Sequence record: NC_042013.1
DNA: 64,000 nt
Reading direction: 5' to 3' (one strand)
Shown here: positions 47,963-56,898 of the stretch, in pieces
Position numbering within the stretch: the stretch's first letter is position 1
Layout of the letters: the number at the start of each line of letters is the position of its first letter
Position numbers and translations under genes: made by a program
Notes under the pieces: model-generated
Told to the model about the DNA's origin: nothing
The model's input: the letters and a program-made list of their open reading frames with translations, nothing else
Database searches by the model: none

Positions 47963-48661
47963 ATGAAAAAAACATTCGTAAAAACGGTCGTCACCACTAC
48001 GGAGGTTGTAGCTGTTCCTATTGATGGAACAGATGAATTTGTTATTGTATACACTAACAATATCGAAGATCAAACTATTAATCAGTTTATCATGAAAACT
48101 TCCGATTTTGAAAACTCGGAAACAGCGGCTGATATTAAAAGCTACAAGTTTAAAATGCCGCACCAAATGAAACAAAACAAGTATCATTCATATTATTTCA
48201 TTGTTACTAAACAGTGGATGGATGAATACAAAAAAGAAGGTCGAGTGCCGAATATCAAATCGAGATATTTAACTTTTGGCGCACCATTGGCGTCTGATGA
48301 GTTCATTATCGGATATTCCCCTGCCGATAGTACCTTTTGCTATTTCGAAGGATCATACATTAATCATCCAATCATGGACTCGTATCTCAGCCGTGATTAT
48401 GACATCTATTCTATTCTTGAAAATGAAAAAAATAATCCAATGCTAATTTTTGGTGGATCGAATAGCTGGTCATCAGGAATTTATAACGTCCCCGGCAACG
48501 GTCCTACGTTAACGTTGGGTTTCAATCTTTCAGATGACTTATTTGAAAGATATATTCTAAGTGGTAGTTGGTATGAGAAAACGACGTTTTTGAAAAACAA
48601 TACCATTCTTGGTAAATATGAGCGTCCAGATGATTATCACGAAAATGAAGTGGATTACTAA
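47963..48661 (+). CDS. Hypothetical protein
   Basis: Co-oriented ORF. Confidence 0.7.
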   Translation: MKKTFVKTVVTTTEVVAVPIDGTDEFVIVYTNNIEDQTINQFIMKTSDFENSETAADIKSYKFKMPHQMKQNKYHSYYFIVTKQWMDEYKKEGRVPNIKSRYLTFGAPLASDEFIIGYSPADSTFCYFEGSYINHPIMDSYLSRDYDIYSILENEKNNPMLIFGGSNSWSSGIYNVPGNGPTLTLGFNLSDDLFERYILSGSWYEKTTFLKNNTILGKYERPDDYHENEVDY

Positions 48662-49083
48662 TGAAAGAGTGGAAATTTAGACAAGAACTTTTTCATCGTC
48701 TTAACCCGGTTACACCTGACATGTATGGGCCGGATGATATCGAAATGATGAAATCAACCTCATCTAACAATATCATTGCGGTTGTTTCTCGATATATGCA
48801 AGGATGGGTTCCTGAAAAAGTTATATATCCTGCTAAAAGTTATTTCGTTGCTATTGTTTATGCGCGTCTTCTTCGAGACCATTTTGGTGAAAATCCATAT
48901 GTTGTTTTAAATGATGTCGATTTACTACATCAAAATGATCCTTATTTTATTCCATATGATGATGCTATTCATATTTACGACGCGATATTAGACACTTTTG
49001 GTTGGGATTTCGACCTTACCCTCGGTGAAATCCCTGACGTTCAAAACTATTTTAACGAGGAATTTCAAATCAATTCCAAGTGA
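48661..49083 (+). CDS. Hypothetical protein (YPAKSYFVA...NDPYF)
   Basis: TAATG coupling. Confidence 0.75.
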   Translation: MKEWKFRQELFHRLNPVTPDMYGPDDIEMMKSTSSNNIIAVVSRYMQGWVPEKVIYPAKSYFVAIVYARLLRDHFGENPYVVLNDVDLLHQNDPYFIPYDDAIHIYDAILDTFGWDFDLTLGEIPDVQNYFNEEFQINSK

Positions 49084-49769
49084 TTTAGTTCCTTATCATT
49101 CCAATAAACATAGCGTTTAATACGAACAACCTCGCGGGTAATTTGGTCAACTGTCATACAATATCCGCGATGTGTTGGGGTGAAATCCTCATCATATTCT
49201 GGATACAAATCACCATAAAATTTACGCATCAATTCTCGGTCTGGATGAATAAAATAAAAGTCCGCGTAATTGCGTCGATAATCACGCGTCATATGAACTC
49301 CAACACCAAATGACTTTCCAAAATATATACCAGAAGGAAGTTCTTCAGGTAAAAGATATTTTTCAAAATCAGCGTCACAAACTTTTGCAAACGATTCACC
49401 AGTAACCGTATCATATTTTATAGTATACTCTAATTCAAGAGACGAATCTTTACCCTTCGTCGCTAATTTCATGTCCATAGGGATAATGTATCGTTCCCGA
49501 ACTGAGTCGTCAGGGGAAACGGTATAACTAATCACAATAGTTTCATTCGCGTAAGTGATGCCATCAGCCGGATGTATGCTAATGATGTCGTGCGGATTGA
49601 TTAGATCGTGATTTGCCGTTGGCACAAGTTCAATAAGTTTTGCCTTTAGCAATTGAATATATGGATCATTGGTAACACGCCATCCCTCCTCGACAATCCC
49701 ATTATTGTCGATTTGATATTCGGCTAATAAATGTTTCATATATGGATTGAAAATGTTCGTCAGGGACAT
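49065..49769 (-). CDS. Hypothetical protein
   Basis: GGAG SD inside hairpin 49775-49800. Confidence 0.7.
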   Translation of the reverse strand: MSLTNIFNPYMKHLLAEYQIDNNGIVEEGWRVTNDPYIQLLKAKLIELVPTANHDLINPHDIISIHPADGITYANETIVISYTVSPDDSVRERYIIPMDMKLATKGKDSSLELEYTIKYDTVTGESFAKVCDADFEKYLLPEELPSGIYFGKSFGVGVHMTRDYRRNYADFYFIHPDRELMRKFYGDLYPEYDEDFTPTHRGYCMTVDQITREVVRIKRYVYWNDKELNHLELI

Positions 49770-49774
49770 AAAAA

Positions 49775-49807
49775 ATCTCCGTAAAATCGATTACGGAGAT
49801 CATAACA
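49775..49807 (-). promoter_or_regulatory. Extended -10 promoter overlapping terminator/RBS hairpin
   Basis: TGTTATGAT; stem ATCTCCGTAA/TTACGGAGAT plus T-run. Confidence 0.55.
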
Positions 49808-49812
49808 TATTA

Positions 49813-49986
49813 TCAATCAAAAAGGGTATTATTTTTATATTTCTCAATTATTTCAGCATCAATGTCTTTATTCGATTTGATCGTTTTTGCAACAACCTTA
49901 TGCTTCACCGCTGCAATACGCATTTTTTCGTGAAGAACAAGAGCATTTGCAACGTTTCTTTTAACTGCGGTGAATTTAGTGCTCAT
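49813..49986 (-). CDS. Small basic protein (57 aa, below cutoff)
   Basis: AAGGAG SD; MSTKFTAVKRNVANAL...NTLFD. Confidence 0.65.
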   Translation of the reverse strand: MSTKFTAVKRNVANALVLHEKMRIAAVKHKVVAKTIKSNKDIDAEIIEKYKNNTLFD

Positions 49987-50043
49987 AGGTATCTCCTTGT
50001 TCCAATAATAGTTTTATAAACTATTATGAAATAATGTCAACAC

Positions 50044-50478
50044 TTATTTTACAACTACAACGTTTTTGAAACCTTTATTCAAGATATAATTACTCATCGT
50101 GGGCGTATCATTAAAAAGAACGATTGTTACCCGGTCTTTAATATTTTCAAGGGTTTCAATACCATACATATAACCGTCACTTAGGATTACTAGTTCCTCA
50201 TCTTCCATTAGATTAGCTACAACGACACTGATGTCAGTGCCACCGCCGACCATTCCGGTATGAATAGTTTTGTAATTGGAAATATTCTCTTCGGTTACAG
50301 TAGTAATATAATGGAAGGAATGATCGAAATTTGCAATACGCGCATTATAGCCGCTAATATCTTTAAGATTTTCTTCAATCATCGTCTTCATTTGTTCAAA
50401 CAACACCTCTGGAATACCTCCAGATACGTCCGTCGCGATTAGATAATTAGTGCTATTTTCCAAACCAAAATCGATCAT
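50044..50478 (-). CDS. Stand-alone vWA-like protein
   Basis: IATDVSGG, GGGTD, VILSDGY (MIDAS-like). Confidence 0.6.
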   Translation of the reverse strand: MIDFGLENSTNYLIATDVSGGIPEVLFEQMKTMIEENLKDISGYNARIANFDHSFHYITTVTEENISNYKTIHTGMVGGGTDISVVVANLMEDEELVILSDGYMYGIETLENIKDRVTIVLFNDTPTMSNYILNKGFKNVVVVK

Positions 50479-50538
50479 TTGTTTCTCCGTTAAGTTATAA
50501 TTTTTACTGTATACTAAAAATCCAACATATTCAATGAT

Positions 50539-50781
50539 TTATTTTCGATATTTTGATTTAGATGGTTGGAAGACATCAACAAGTTTGCCCTCATCAAGTT
50601 TCCCTAGTTCAAACTCAAGTACAATATATCGATGGTAGTCGTAAAACGGTGTGCCGCATTCGTGCTTTTGTTTACGATATTCAGTTCTTGCTTTAATAGC
50701 GTCATTCAATGACGGGAATATCCCTAATTCATATTGATCGTCATATTCTTCATCAGCACGTAAAAGAAAAACACTCGTCAT
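50539..50781 (-). CDS. Small hypothetical protein
   Basis: AAGG SD. Confidence 0.65.
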   Translation of the reverse strand: MTSVFLLRADEEYDDQYELGIFPSLNDAIKARTEYRKQKHECGTPFYDYHRYIVLEFELGKLDEGKLVDVFQPSKSKYRK

Positions 50782-50812
50782 AGTATTACCTTTCGTTAGT
50801 TTCTATAAAAAC

Positions 50813-50837
50813 AAAAAAGCCACCCTAGAGAGGTGGC
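50813..50837 (-). terminator. Terminator after tRNA-Leu
   Basis: GCCACC/GGTGGC stem followed by TTTTTT. Confidence 0.8.
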
Positions 50838-50847
50838 GGCTTTTTCG

Positions 50848-50884
50848 GAACTGATACCGGAGTGATCGAAACGAGGTATCGTTC
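50848..50884 (-). ncRNA. Candidate tRNA-trailer hairpin RNA with loop antisense to the early leader box
   Basis: GAAC-GATACC-[TCGTTTCGATCACTCC]-GGTATC-A-GTTC. Confidence 0.45.
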
Positions 50885-50889
50885 TAATT

Positions 50890-51251
50890 TGGTGTCCCCG
50901 ACCGGAGTCGAACCGGTACTCATTAAGAAACGGATTTTCATACCACTATAGCTTTCGCTACCAAATTTCTTTGTTTGTGGTCTGGACTATACCTTGAACA
51001 TATAGGAATTTACCGTGCGCGTTAATCGCTCTTGCGGGCTTTTCATCCGCGTCGTTTCCTACTTAGTTCCGAACCGTCTAGTCTCTACACCTTCAACGGA
51101 TTTCTCCGAAGCTTGGCTCGGTATTAGCAGTTTGAATTTCTTCAAGTTAAGCCTTCACCGAATTTGATTCGTTCTACTTTAAAGCTTTCGCTTTAAGCAC
51201 TCAAATTTTAATCCATAAGTCCGTCGCGTCTACCAATTCCGCCACGGGGAC
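50890..51251 (-). tRNA. trnL-UAA: tRNA-Leu(UAA) interrupted by a group I intron
   Basis: 5' exon 51251-51217 ends GGACTT; 3' exon 50938-50890 starts AAAATCCGT; spliced loop CT-TAA-AA; class II variable arm; CCA. Confidence 0.92.
50939..51216 (-). mobile_element. Group I intron (IC3-like), 278 nt, no ORF
   Basis: P1 ACUU/GAGU with U-G at splice site; AAATTCGGTGAA, AATACCGAGC, GTAGAGACTA, AAGGTATAGTCC; P3 CGAATC/GGTTCG; terminal G. Confidence 0.92.
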
Positions 51252-51261
51252 ATATTTCTAT

Positions 51262-51546
51262 TTACATCGTTGTATAAAGTCCTGTCTCTCTTTCAAAAAC
51301 TTCTTTTAGATTTTCTGCCTGAATCCCCTCAATCGTCTTTACCACTTTGTATTCCATTTTTCGAATTTTTCCAAATTCAATTACGTATTCGTCGTTTACA
51401 AGCCGAATGATCATTTTCGATGCATTCAAATTGTTCTTCGTTGTTTTGAACTGAACATAGTTGTTACCGATTAGTTCTTGACGAAAACCTGTCATTACGT
51501 AAAAAGCTTTACCGCCAAGGTGTGCATTAAGCTGATTAACGTCCAA
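51262..51546 (-). CDS. Early hypothetical protein
   Basis: Behind early promoter; TTG start with GGAG SD. Confidence 0.75.
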   Translation of the reverse strand: MDVNQLNAHLGGKAFYVMTGFRQELIGNNYVQFKTTKNNLNASKMIIRLVNDEYVIEFGKIRKMEYKVVKTIEGIQAENLKEVFERETGLYTTM

Positions 51547-51563
51547 TTTGGTAACTCCTATGT

Positions 51564-51608
51564 CCGTTTCGATGATTAAGTTATATCAAAAGGTTACGTT
51601 CGTGTCAA
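51564..51608 (-). promoter_or_regulatory. Early promoter with leader box
   Basis: TTGACA-N17-TATAAC, ATCGAAACGG. Confidence 0.8.
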
Positions 51609-51617
51609 CTGGTTTTT

Positions 51618-51839
51618 TTAAATAGTTGTCATATTTCCTTCGGCGTCAATTACGCAAGCGGCAGTGCCGTCCAGAACGGTAGAATGATCGAAAAGTCCGC
51701 GCATAGTTACGCCATATTCATTAGGGTTGCGATAATCAACATAAAGAACGTATTCCTTATCTGGATGCATCTTAGCAACTGACTTTGCTGCGGCGAGGGC
51801 GGTTGCAAATCCTTCAGTGGTGCGTGGGTAATTAGCCAT
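51618..51839 (-). CDS. Early hypothetical protein
   Basis: AAGGAG SD. Confidence 0.7.
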   Translation of the reverse strand: MANYPRTTEGFATALAAAKSVAKMHPDKEYVLYVDYRNPNEYGVTMRGLFDHSTVLDGTAACVIDAEGNMTTI

Positions 51840-51850
51840 TTATAATCTCC

Positions 51851-52102
51851 TTATGCTGCTACAATTTCATTGTAGGTGGTGTGCCAGTATTCGGTGCGCT
51901 TATGATTATTACCAAGAAGAACCCGTTCGAACTGAAAGTCGTCATTGACGAGATTTGGCAATTCTTTTACCACTTGATGCTTCATACGTGCAGGAATGTT
52001 ACCAATGAAATAATGGGTAGTGACTTCAAACGGCTTACCGCCAAGAATTTTAGTTTCGGTAGAAACCTTTGCATTCTTTTTCATCCAAGCGATTGCTGAC
52101 AT
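51851..52102 (-). CDS. Early hypothetical protein
   Basis: AAGGAG SD before MSAIAW. Confidence 0.7.
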   Translation of the reverse strand: MSAIAWMKKNAKVSTETKILGGKPFEVTTHYFIGNIPARMKHQVVKELPNLVNDDFQFERVLLGNNHKRTEYWHTTYNEIVAA

Positions 52103-52119
52103 TTGAAAGTCTCCTTCGT

Positions 52120-52163
52120 TCGTTTCGATGATTAAGTTATACACTATTCAAAAATAAAGTCAA
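52120..52163 (-). promoter_or_regulatory. Early promoter with leader box
   Basis: TTGACT-N16-TATAAC, ATCGAAACGA. Confidence 0.85.
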
Positions 52164-52172
52164 CACATTATT

Positions 52173-52409
52173 TTAATAATAATACATTGGATTATCAGAA
52201 AACCATTGCGCGAACCGAGCATAATCTCGTTCGTTTTCAATCAAACGACTACGATAATCAGCAATGATATCAGATGGAATGAAACATTGTGTTTCAAACA
52301 GACGCTTGAAATCCAAACCACAATTATCAATATCACCGAATTCCGAGGTCGGCCAGATGTCACGAACCTCGTTCATCCATTTGGTGAATTCAAGATTTTC
52401 AACGGTCAT
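52173..52409 (-). CDS. Early hypothetical protein
   Basis: Follows early promoter/SD. Confidence 0.75.
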   Translation of the reverse strand: MTVENLEFTKWMNEVRDIWPTSEFGDIDNCGLDFKRLFETQCFIPSDIIADYRSRLIENERDYARFAQWFSDNPMYYY

Positions 52410-52423
52410 AACAATCTCCTATA

Positions 52424-52467
52424 ACGTTTCGATGATGTAGTTATACACCATCGAAAAATAATGTCAA
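52424..52467 (-). promoter_or_regulatory. Early promoter with leader box
   Basis: TTGACA-N16-TATAAC, ATCGAAACGT. Confidence 0.85.
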
Positions 52468-52482
52468 CACATTATTTGAGAT

Positions 52483-52659
52483 TTAAATAACAAATTCCTC
52501 CAGATTTCGAATCTTCAAACGAACCTGACTCATAAGTTCGCGCAACTCTCTAACCTCCCCATCATCTTTAAGGGATGCGAGTTTATACAATGTATTGTCG
52601 AAATTACTAACCGTTTTCTTGAGTTCGTCAACGATTACCAATACGTCTTTCGTATTCAT
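52483..52659 (-). CDS. Small coiled-coil protein
   Basis: AAGGAG SD before MNTKDV. Confidence 0.6.
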   Translation of the reverse strand: MNTKDVLVIVDELKKTVSNFDNTLYKLASLKDDGEVRELRELMSQVRLKIRNLEEFVI

Positions 52660-52675
52660 TATGAACTCCTTAATA

Positions 52676-52879
52676 CTAGAAATTTTCAACTCTAAGACAA
52701 GAAAACTGATTAACTTGCAACATTCTTGGTTGGTTTCCACTAACATATTGCATATCATTCAGCATTTCAACGGCGGCGGCTTTACATTTTTCTTTTGTAG
52801 GCCACGACGCACCTGTAATTTCTGTTGCATTTCCATTACCGGAACCGGACAATGCGATAATAAGAATGAATTTTTCCAT
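52676..52879 (-). CDS. Small hypothetical protein with hydrophobic N-terminus
   Basis: AAGGAG SD. Confidence 0.65.
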   Translation of the reverse strand: MEKFILIIALSGSGNGNATEITGASWPTKEKCKAAAVEMLNDMQYVSGNQPRMLQVNQFSCLRVENF

Positions 52880-53019
52880 TTATGTTCTCCTTGTAAAAAT
52901 GTCGTCAATCGTGTGAAACTCAAAACGGAATAGCTAATATCCGCCGTGAAGTTGCTATTTTCACTGATTTCTGCAAGTAGGAGTAACTAACCGGTACTAC
53001 TCACGATTGACGACAAAGG

Positions 53020-53226
53020 TTAAAAGTTATGACCGATATAATTATCTTCAAGAGAAACAATAGATACCAGATGATACGTTACAGTTTCTTCTGTAATCGG
53101 TGGTAAAAACAATGGTTCTTTTTCAAGTTCCAATGTTGGTCGCGTTACATAGAATGCAATAACATTACGCTTAAAACATCCGCCAAGGGATTGAAAATCG
53201 TAATATTTAGAAGTGTAAATTCTCAT
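53020..53226 (-). CDS. Small hypothetical protein
   Basis: Abuts upstream stop. Confidence 0.5.
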   Translation of the reverse strand: MRIYTSKYYDFQSLGGCFKRNVIAFYVTRPTLELEKEPLFLPPITEETVTYHLVSIVSLEDNYIGHNF

Positions 53227-53553
53227 TCAAAACCGACCTTCGAAATCGAGACCATCCAAACGTTCAATGAAAATTTCCCAACCACCATGAACGTTTTTCC
53301 AATCAGAAAGTCTATCTTTGGATCGAGTATGCCAGTTATTGTGGAGAGATACAAGATCGAAAACAAAAGAATCGTCATCGAACGCGGTAACATCCTTGTA
53401 ACGGTCGGTAATTTCGGAACGTTCAAGATCAACCATTACCGTACCGGATTTATAAAATCCGCCAATTTCAAACTTATGTTCGCCTACAACTGTTACCGGA
53501 ATACCACATTCGGCCATTGCACCGAAAACTTTAAGTGCTTTAAGAGCGTCCAT
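53227..53553 (-). CDS. Early hypothetical protein
   Basis: Follows early promoter/SD. Confidence 0.75.
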   Translation of the reverse strand: MDALKALKVFGAMAECGIPVTVVGEHKFEIGGFYKSGTVMVDLERSEITDRYKDVTAFDDDSFVFDLVSLHNNWHTRSKDRLSDWKNVHGGWEIFIERLDGLDFEGRF

Positions 53554-53570
53554 TTGAAATCTCCTTCATT

Positions 53571-53613
53571 TGTTTCGATGATTAAGTTATACACCATTAA
53601 AAAATAATGTCAA
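53571..53613 (-). promoter_or_regulatory. Early promoter with leader box
   Basis: TTGACA-N16-TATAAC, ATCGAAACA. Confidence 0.8.
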
Positions 53614-53620
53614 GGGATTG

Positions 53621-53941
53621 TTACCACATTTTGATTTTAATTTCACCGCGTTTGATGAAATCAAGTCGAACGCCTTGCTCTTTTAATGCATCGTATAGTT
53701 CACCAAAAACACCCGTATCTGTGTTAATGGATTGCTCTTCAAAAATGATATCATATAGCATATAATCAACATACATAATATCACTTTCGTGTTCGGTAAT
53801 CATCCGTTCGATGTGTTTACGTACCTCGTGGAAAAAATAATAAATATCTGGATGTTCTTTTTCTGATTGACGAGCACGATGACGTTGAACCAGAGTTAGC
53901 TTGAGATTCTTCGATTCATATGGAAAGGTAATCATGTCCAT
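53621..53941 (-). CDS. Early hypothetical protein
   Basis: AAGGAG SD; TTGACT-N16-TATAAC at 53973-54000 lacking the leader box. Confidence 0.7.
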   Translation of the reverse strand: MDMITFPYESKNLKLTLVQRHRARQSEKEHPDIYYFFHEVRKHIERMITEHESDIMYVDYMLYDIIFEEQSINTDTGVFGELYDALKEQGVRLDFIKRGEIKIKMW

Positions 53942-53996
53942 CTTGGTTCTCCTTTAATTTTCATTTAATGGCGTTATACCCCATTAAAAAATAAAG

Positions 53997-54911
53997 TCAA
54001 CCAATTATTTCGTTTTTATACCAATCCACTAAATGTTTGAAGCCATTACAAGAATTTGTCAAATCTTTAACGTCGCGCAAATGTTCGCTAAGACATTTCC
54101 CAAAATATTCACAGCCATTACAAAAATCATTTTTAGAAACGCGTTCTTTTTCGATAAGTGTCCAATTCTCATATTCTGAAAATGTTTCCATTTCCAAGAA
54201 ATATTCGTTATCGTTTTCATCAAATTCCAATACACCAAATTTGCCGGTCGGTGTTATATATACGTGGTCATCTGAAAAGCTATGCGCAAGTCCGTCAATA
54301 ACGTCCTCGATTAAGAATTCATTTACAAATTCAAAATTTTTAGGAATTTCGCTAACTATCCATTTTTTAACGAATTCTTCAAAATCAGAAAAAGAAACGT
54401 CATCAACATTTGCTTGATTGGTACTATAAGGCTTTATTTCAACTGCTTTCAACCTGCTAAACAAATTCAATTCGTTTATCATATTGTCAACATCGAATGT
54501 TATTAATTCTTTTCCTGCAAGCATAAGAATGGAAAAATCTTTATCAAGCATAAGCATGTTGTTACGAACGCTTGCGCTTGCTTGGCGTGCAGTGAAATCG
54601 TAGCTAACAGAAAGATCGACATCATCATCAAGAAAGCCGGGATGAATTCGAGATAGATTTGTAATAACGTTTATAACGCCGCTATAATGCTTGCGGATAA
54701 CGTTCTTCATATCGTACCATTGATGTTCTTTAAGCAACCCAACCTCGCCACCGTATAGGTCTATGGCCGTTATATGGCCTATCTCAGCAAGACGTTTGTC
54801 CAACAAATCAAAATCTATAACTTTAGTATCGGCCAATTGCTTTTCTGTTAGATAGCAAAAGCTGCACCTGAAATTACACCAGTAAAGGGGGTTTAATGAG
54901 ACTTTGGTCAT
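53997..54911 (-). CDS. Radical SAM protein 4 (partial SPASM)
   Basis: CNFRCSFC; YGGEVG; C-terminal CNGCEYFGKC...C. Confidence 0.9.
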   Translation of the reverse strand: MTKVSLNPLYWCNFRCSFCYLTEKQLADTKVIDFDLLDKRLAEIGHITAIDLYGGEVGLLKEHQWYDMKNVIRKHYSGVINVITNLSRIHPGFLDDDVDLSVSYDFTARQASASVRNNMLMLDKDFSILMLAGKELITFDVDNMINELNLFSRLKAVEIKPYSTNQANVDDVSFSDFEEFVKKWIVSEIPKNFEFVNEFLIEDVIDGLAHSFSDDHVYITPTGKFGVLEFDENDNEYFLEMETFSEYENWTLIEKERVSKNDFCNGCEYFGKCLSEHLRDVKDLTNSCNGFKHLVDWYKNEIIG

Positions 54912-56014
54912 AGTCCATTCAATTCCAAAATGTCTGATGCGAGTGTTTTCATTAGTTTACAATGATCCTCAACTACGTTTGCGGCTTTTAAATCTTTTAC
55001 GGTTTTTCGGCAACCATTACAAATTGCAAACATTGGGCATCCGTAACATTCGTGTTTCATAGAATCGAGTTCAAAGTCTTCCTGTAGGGGTTTAAAGAAT
55101 GCACCATTCATTTCAGCGTCAAAGTCGATAGCCTTGTCCATATCGTCGCCAAATGCACCGCAACTATAGTACCCACCCTCTGGCTGAAGAGTTCTAATAC
55201 CCTCATCACAAGTTCTGTTCTGCGGGCAAATGGTGGCAAAACCACCAAGTCTCTTTCTCATCTGTTTGGTGTTAAATTCCCAATCAGATAGACCTTGCTT
55301 TGCAATATCCACGTATATTTTGTAAATCTTTGATAATTGATATGGTTTACCTTCTTGACCCATTTTATGACCAGTGCGCGGGTCGACAACAACCGGACCT
55401 GAGGCCATTGCATAGTTCAACTTACATTCAACCCCAATTTTTGTACCGTCTTCAAGAATTCTTGCGGGTTGATCATTACTCATTTTCTTAGCAAGGATCA
55501 CATTGTCAATTGCTAAATGTTCATTCTCATCTGTAATAACACTAATAAAGTCAGGGCGATATCCAACATGTTCAAGCATCGCATCCGATACTTTCCACAG
55601 GTCATCTTCGGTGAACAAACTAAGGTCACCTTTAACTCTCCCCGGCCCATAATTAAACGAGGTGTTAACGCCAACACGCCTATTTTTAAACAAATCTTTC
55701 CATTTATTAGGGTTCTTATAAAAAGGCCACAAATTTGATGTAAAGCTAATACTGGTGTCGTCGTATCCATTTGTATCCAAATGGTCAATAATCTTCCAAT
55801 AATATTCAGGTTGGACCATTAATGGATCACCACCATTAACGATAATTGTCTTGGTATCGGGGAATCGCTCAAGGAATCTAAAAATGTCGTTGATATCAAG
55901 TGTTGCCGCATTATTTGCAGATAATTTCGTGCTACTACAAAACGTGCATTTGAAATTGCATGCAACCGTGATTTTTGTTATCAAATCCACTTTTTCAATC
56001 CTCGTATGTTTCAA
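54908..56014 (-). CDS. Radical SAM/SPASM protein 3
   Basis: CNFKCTFC; NGGDPL; C...C...GGYYSC, CYGCPMFAICNGC...C. Confidence 0.92.
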   Translation of the reverse strand: MKHTRIEKVDLITKITVACNFKCTFCSSTKLSANNAATLDINDIFRFLERFPDTKTIIVNGGDPLMVQPEYYWKIIDHLDTNGYDDTSISFTSNLWPFYKNPNKWKDLFKNRRVGVNTSFNYGPGRVKGDLSLFTEDDLWKVSDAMLEHVGYRPDFISVITDENEHLAIDNVILAKKMSNDQPARILEDGTKIGVECKLNYAMASGPVVVDPRTGHKMGQEGKPYQLSKIYKIYVDIAKQGLSDWEFNTKQMRKRLGGFATICPQNRTCDEGIRTLQPEGGYYSCGAFGDDMDKAIDFDAEMNGAFFKPLQEDFELDSMKHECYGCPMFAICNGCRKTVKDLKAANVVEDHCKLMKTLASDILELNGL

Positions 56015-56897
56015 TTTTCTTTAGTATTTTAGCATTTTTTATAGAACCTAACAAGCCCTTTACCGCGTCACTTGATGAGGTGAATGCTATTCTTTTATTT
56101 GCATTGGAATTTATCAATCGTCCAACGGGTATCAAACCGATGGTTTTAATAGCGTGATCATATCTAAATTTTGGATTAAGATAGTCAATTTCTTTTTTAT
56201 ATTTTATTAGATTTTCAACTACCCTACCATGAATTGCGGTATGCTCATCAAAAAATGGTATCTCGAAACCTGCACTTAAAAATGATGGCAGACCAAACTC
56301 GTCTTTCACAATTGCCGTTTTTATGTCATCGATATTAGAATCTGATAAGAATGAATACGGGCGCTTTTCGTACATAGGCGTTGCATAGATATGCCCGTAC
56401 TGAATATCGTGAGTTATATAATCAATCCAGCTTTCTTCGAATTCAACAATGGTTTTATGGTTAAAACGAATTGTACCAAATACTGATTCGTTTGATCTTA
56501 CTTTTTTATCTTTACCATTATGAATCCAGAAACCGATATGTTTAAGTTCCTCTATTAACGGCAGTAAATTCATATCCGCTATAGGTGCGCTAGTAAATGT
56601 ATTCATAACGTGTGACAAAACAGCATTAATAACAGCGGGTGTTATTTTTTTATAATTAGTTCCCAATGCTTTGTGTGTTATGTTTAGATTATGTAATTGT
56701 CCACGAATATTGTTCCATATACGTTCGGCGTCCGAATCACAATCACAAAAATAAGTATCCACTGGATTTGATATTTCCATATCAAATCGCGTAATTGCGG
56801 CTTGCCATGCTTTGGCTGGAGGCGTATCCAAAAATTCCCAATCAAGCCTCTCGGACATATTAAGCCCGCAATCAAACATTGCGCTAATTTGCGTCAT
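55995..56897 (-). CDS. Hypothetical protein in rSAM operon
   Basis: Overlaps/abuts both neighbours. Confidence 0.75.
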   Translation of the reverse strand: MTQISAMFDCGLNMSERLDWEFLDTPPAKAWQAAITRFDMEISNPVDTYFCDCDSDAERIWNNIRGQLHNLNITHKALGTNYKKITPAVINAVLSHVMNTFTSAPIADMNLLPLIEELKHIGFWIHNGKDKKVRSNESVFGTIRFNHKTIVEFEESWIDYITHDIQYGHIYATPMYEKRPYSFLSDSNIDDIKTAIVKDEFGLPSFLSAGFEIPFFDEHTAIHGRVVENLIKYKKEIDYLNPKFRYDHAIKTIGLIPVGRLINSNANKRIAFTSSSDAVKGLLGSIKNAKILKKIETYED

Positions 56898-56898
56898 A

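Noticed and set aside
49065-49769. Possible ABBA prenyltransferase-like fold suggested by terminal RIKRY
   Set aside because: A single short motif is not enough; needs structure prediction.
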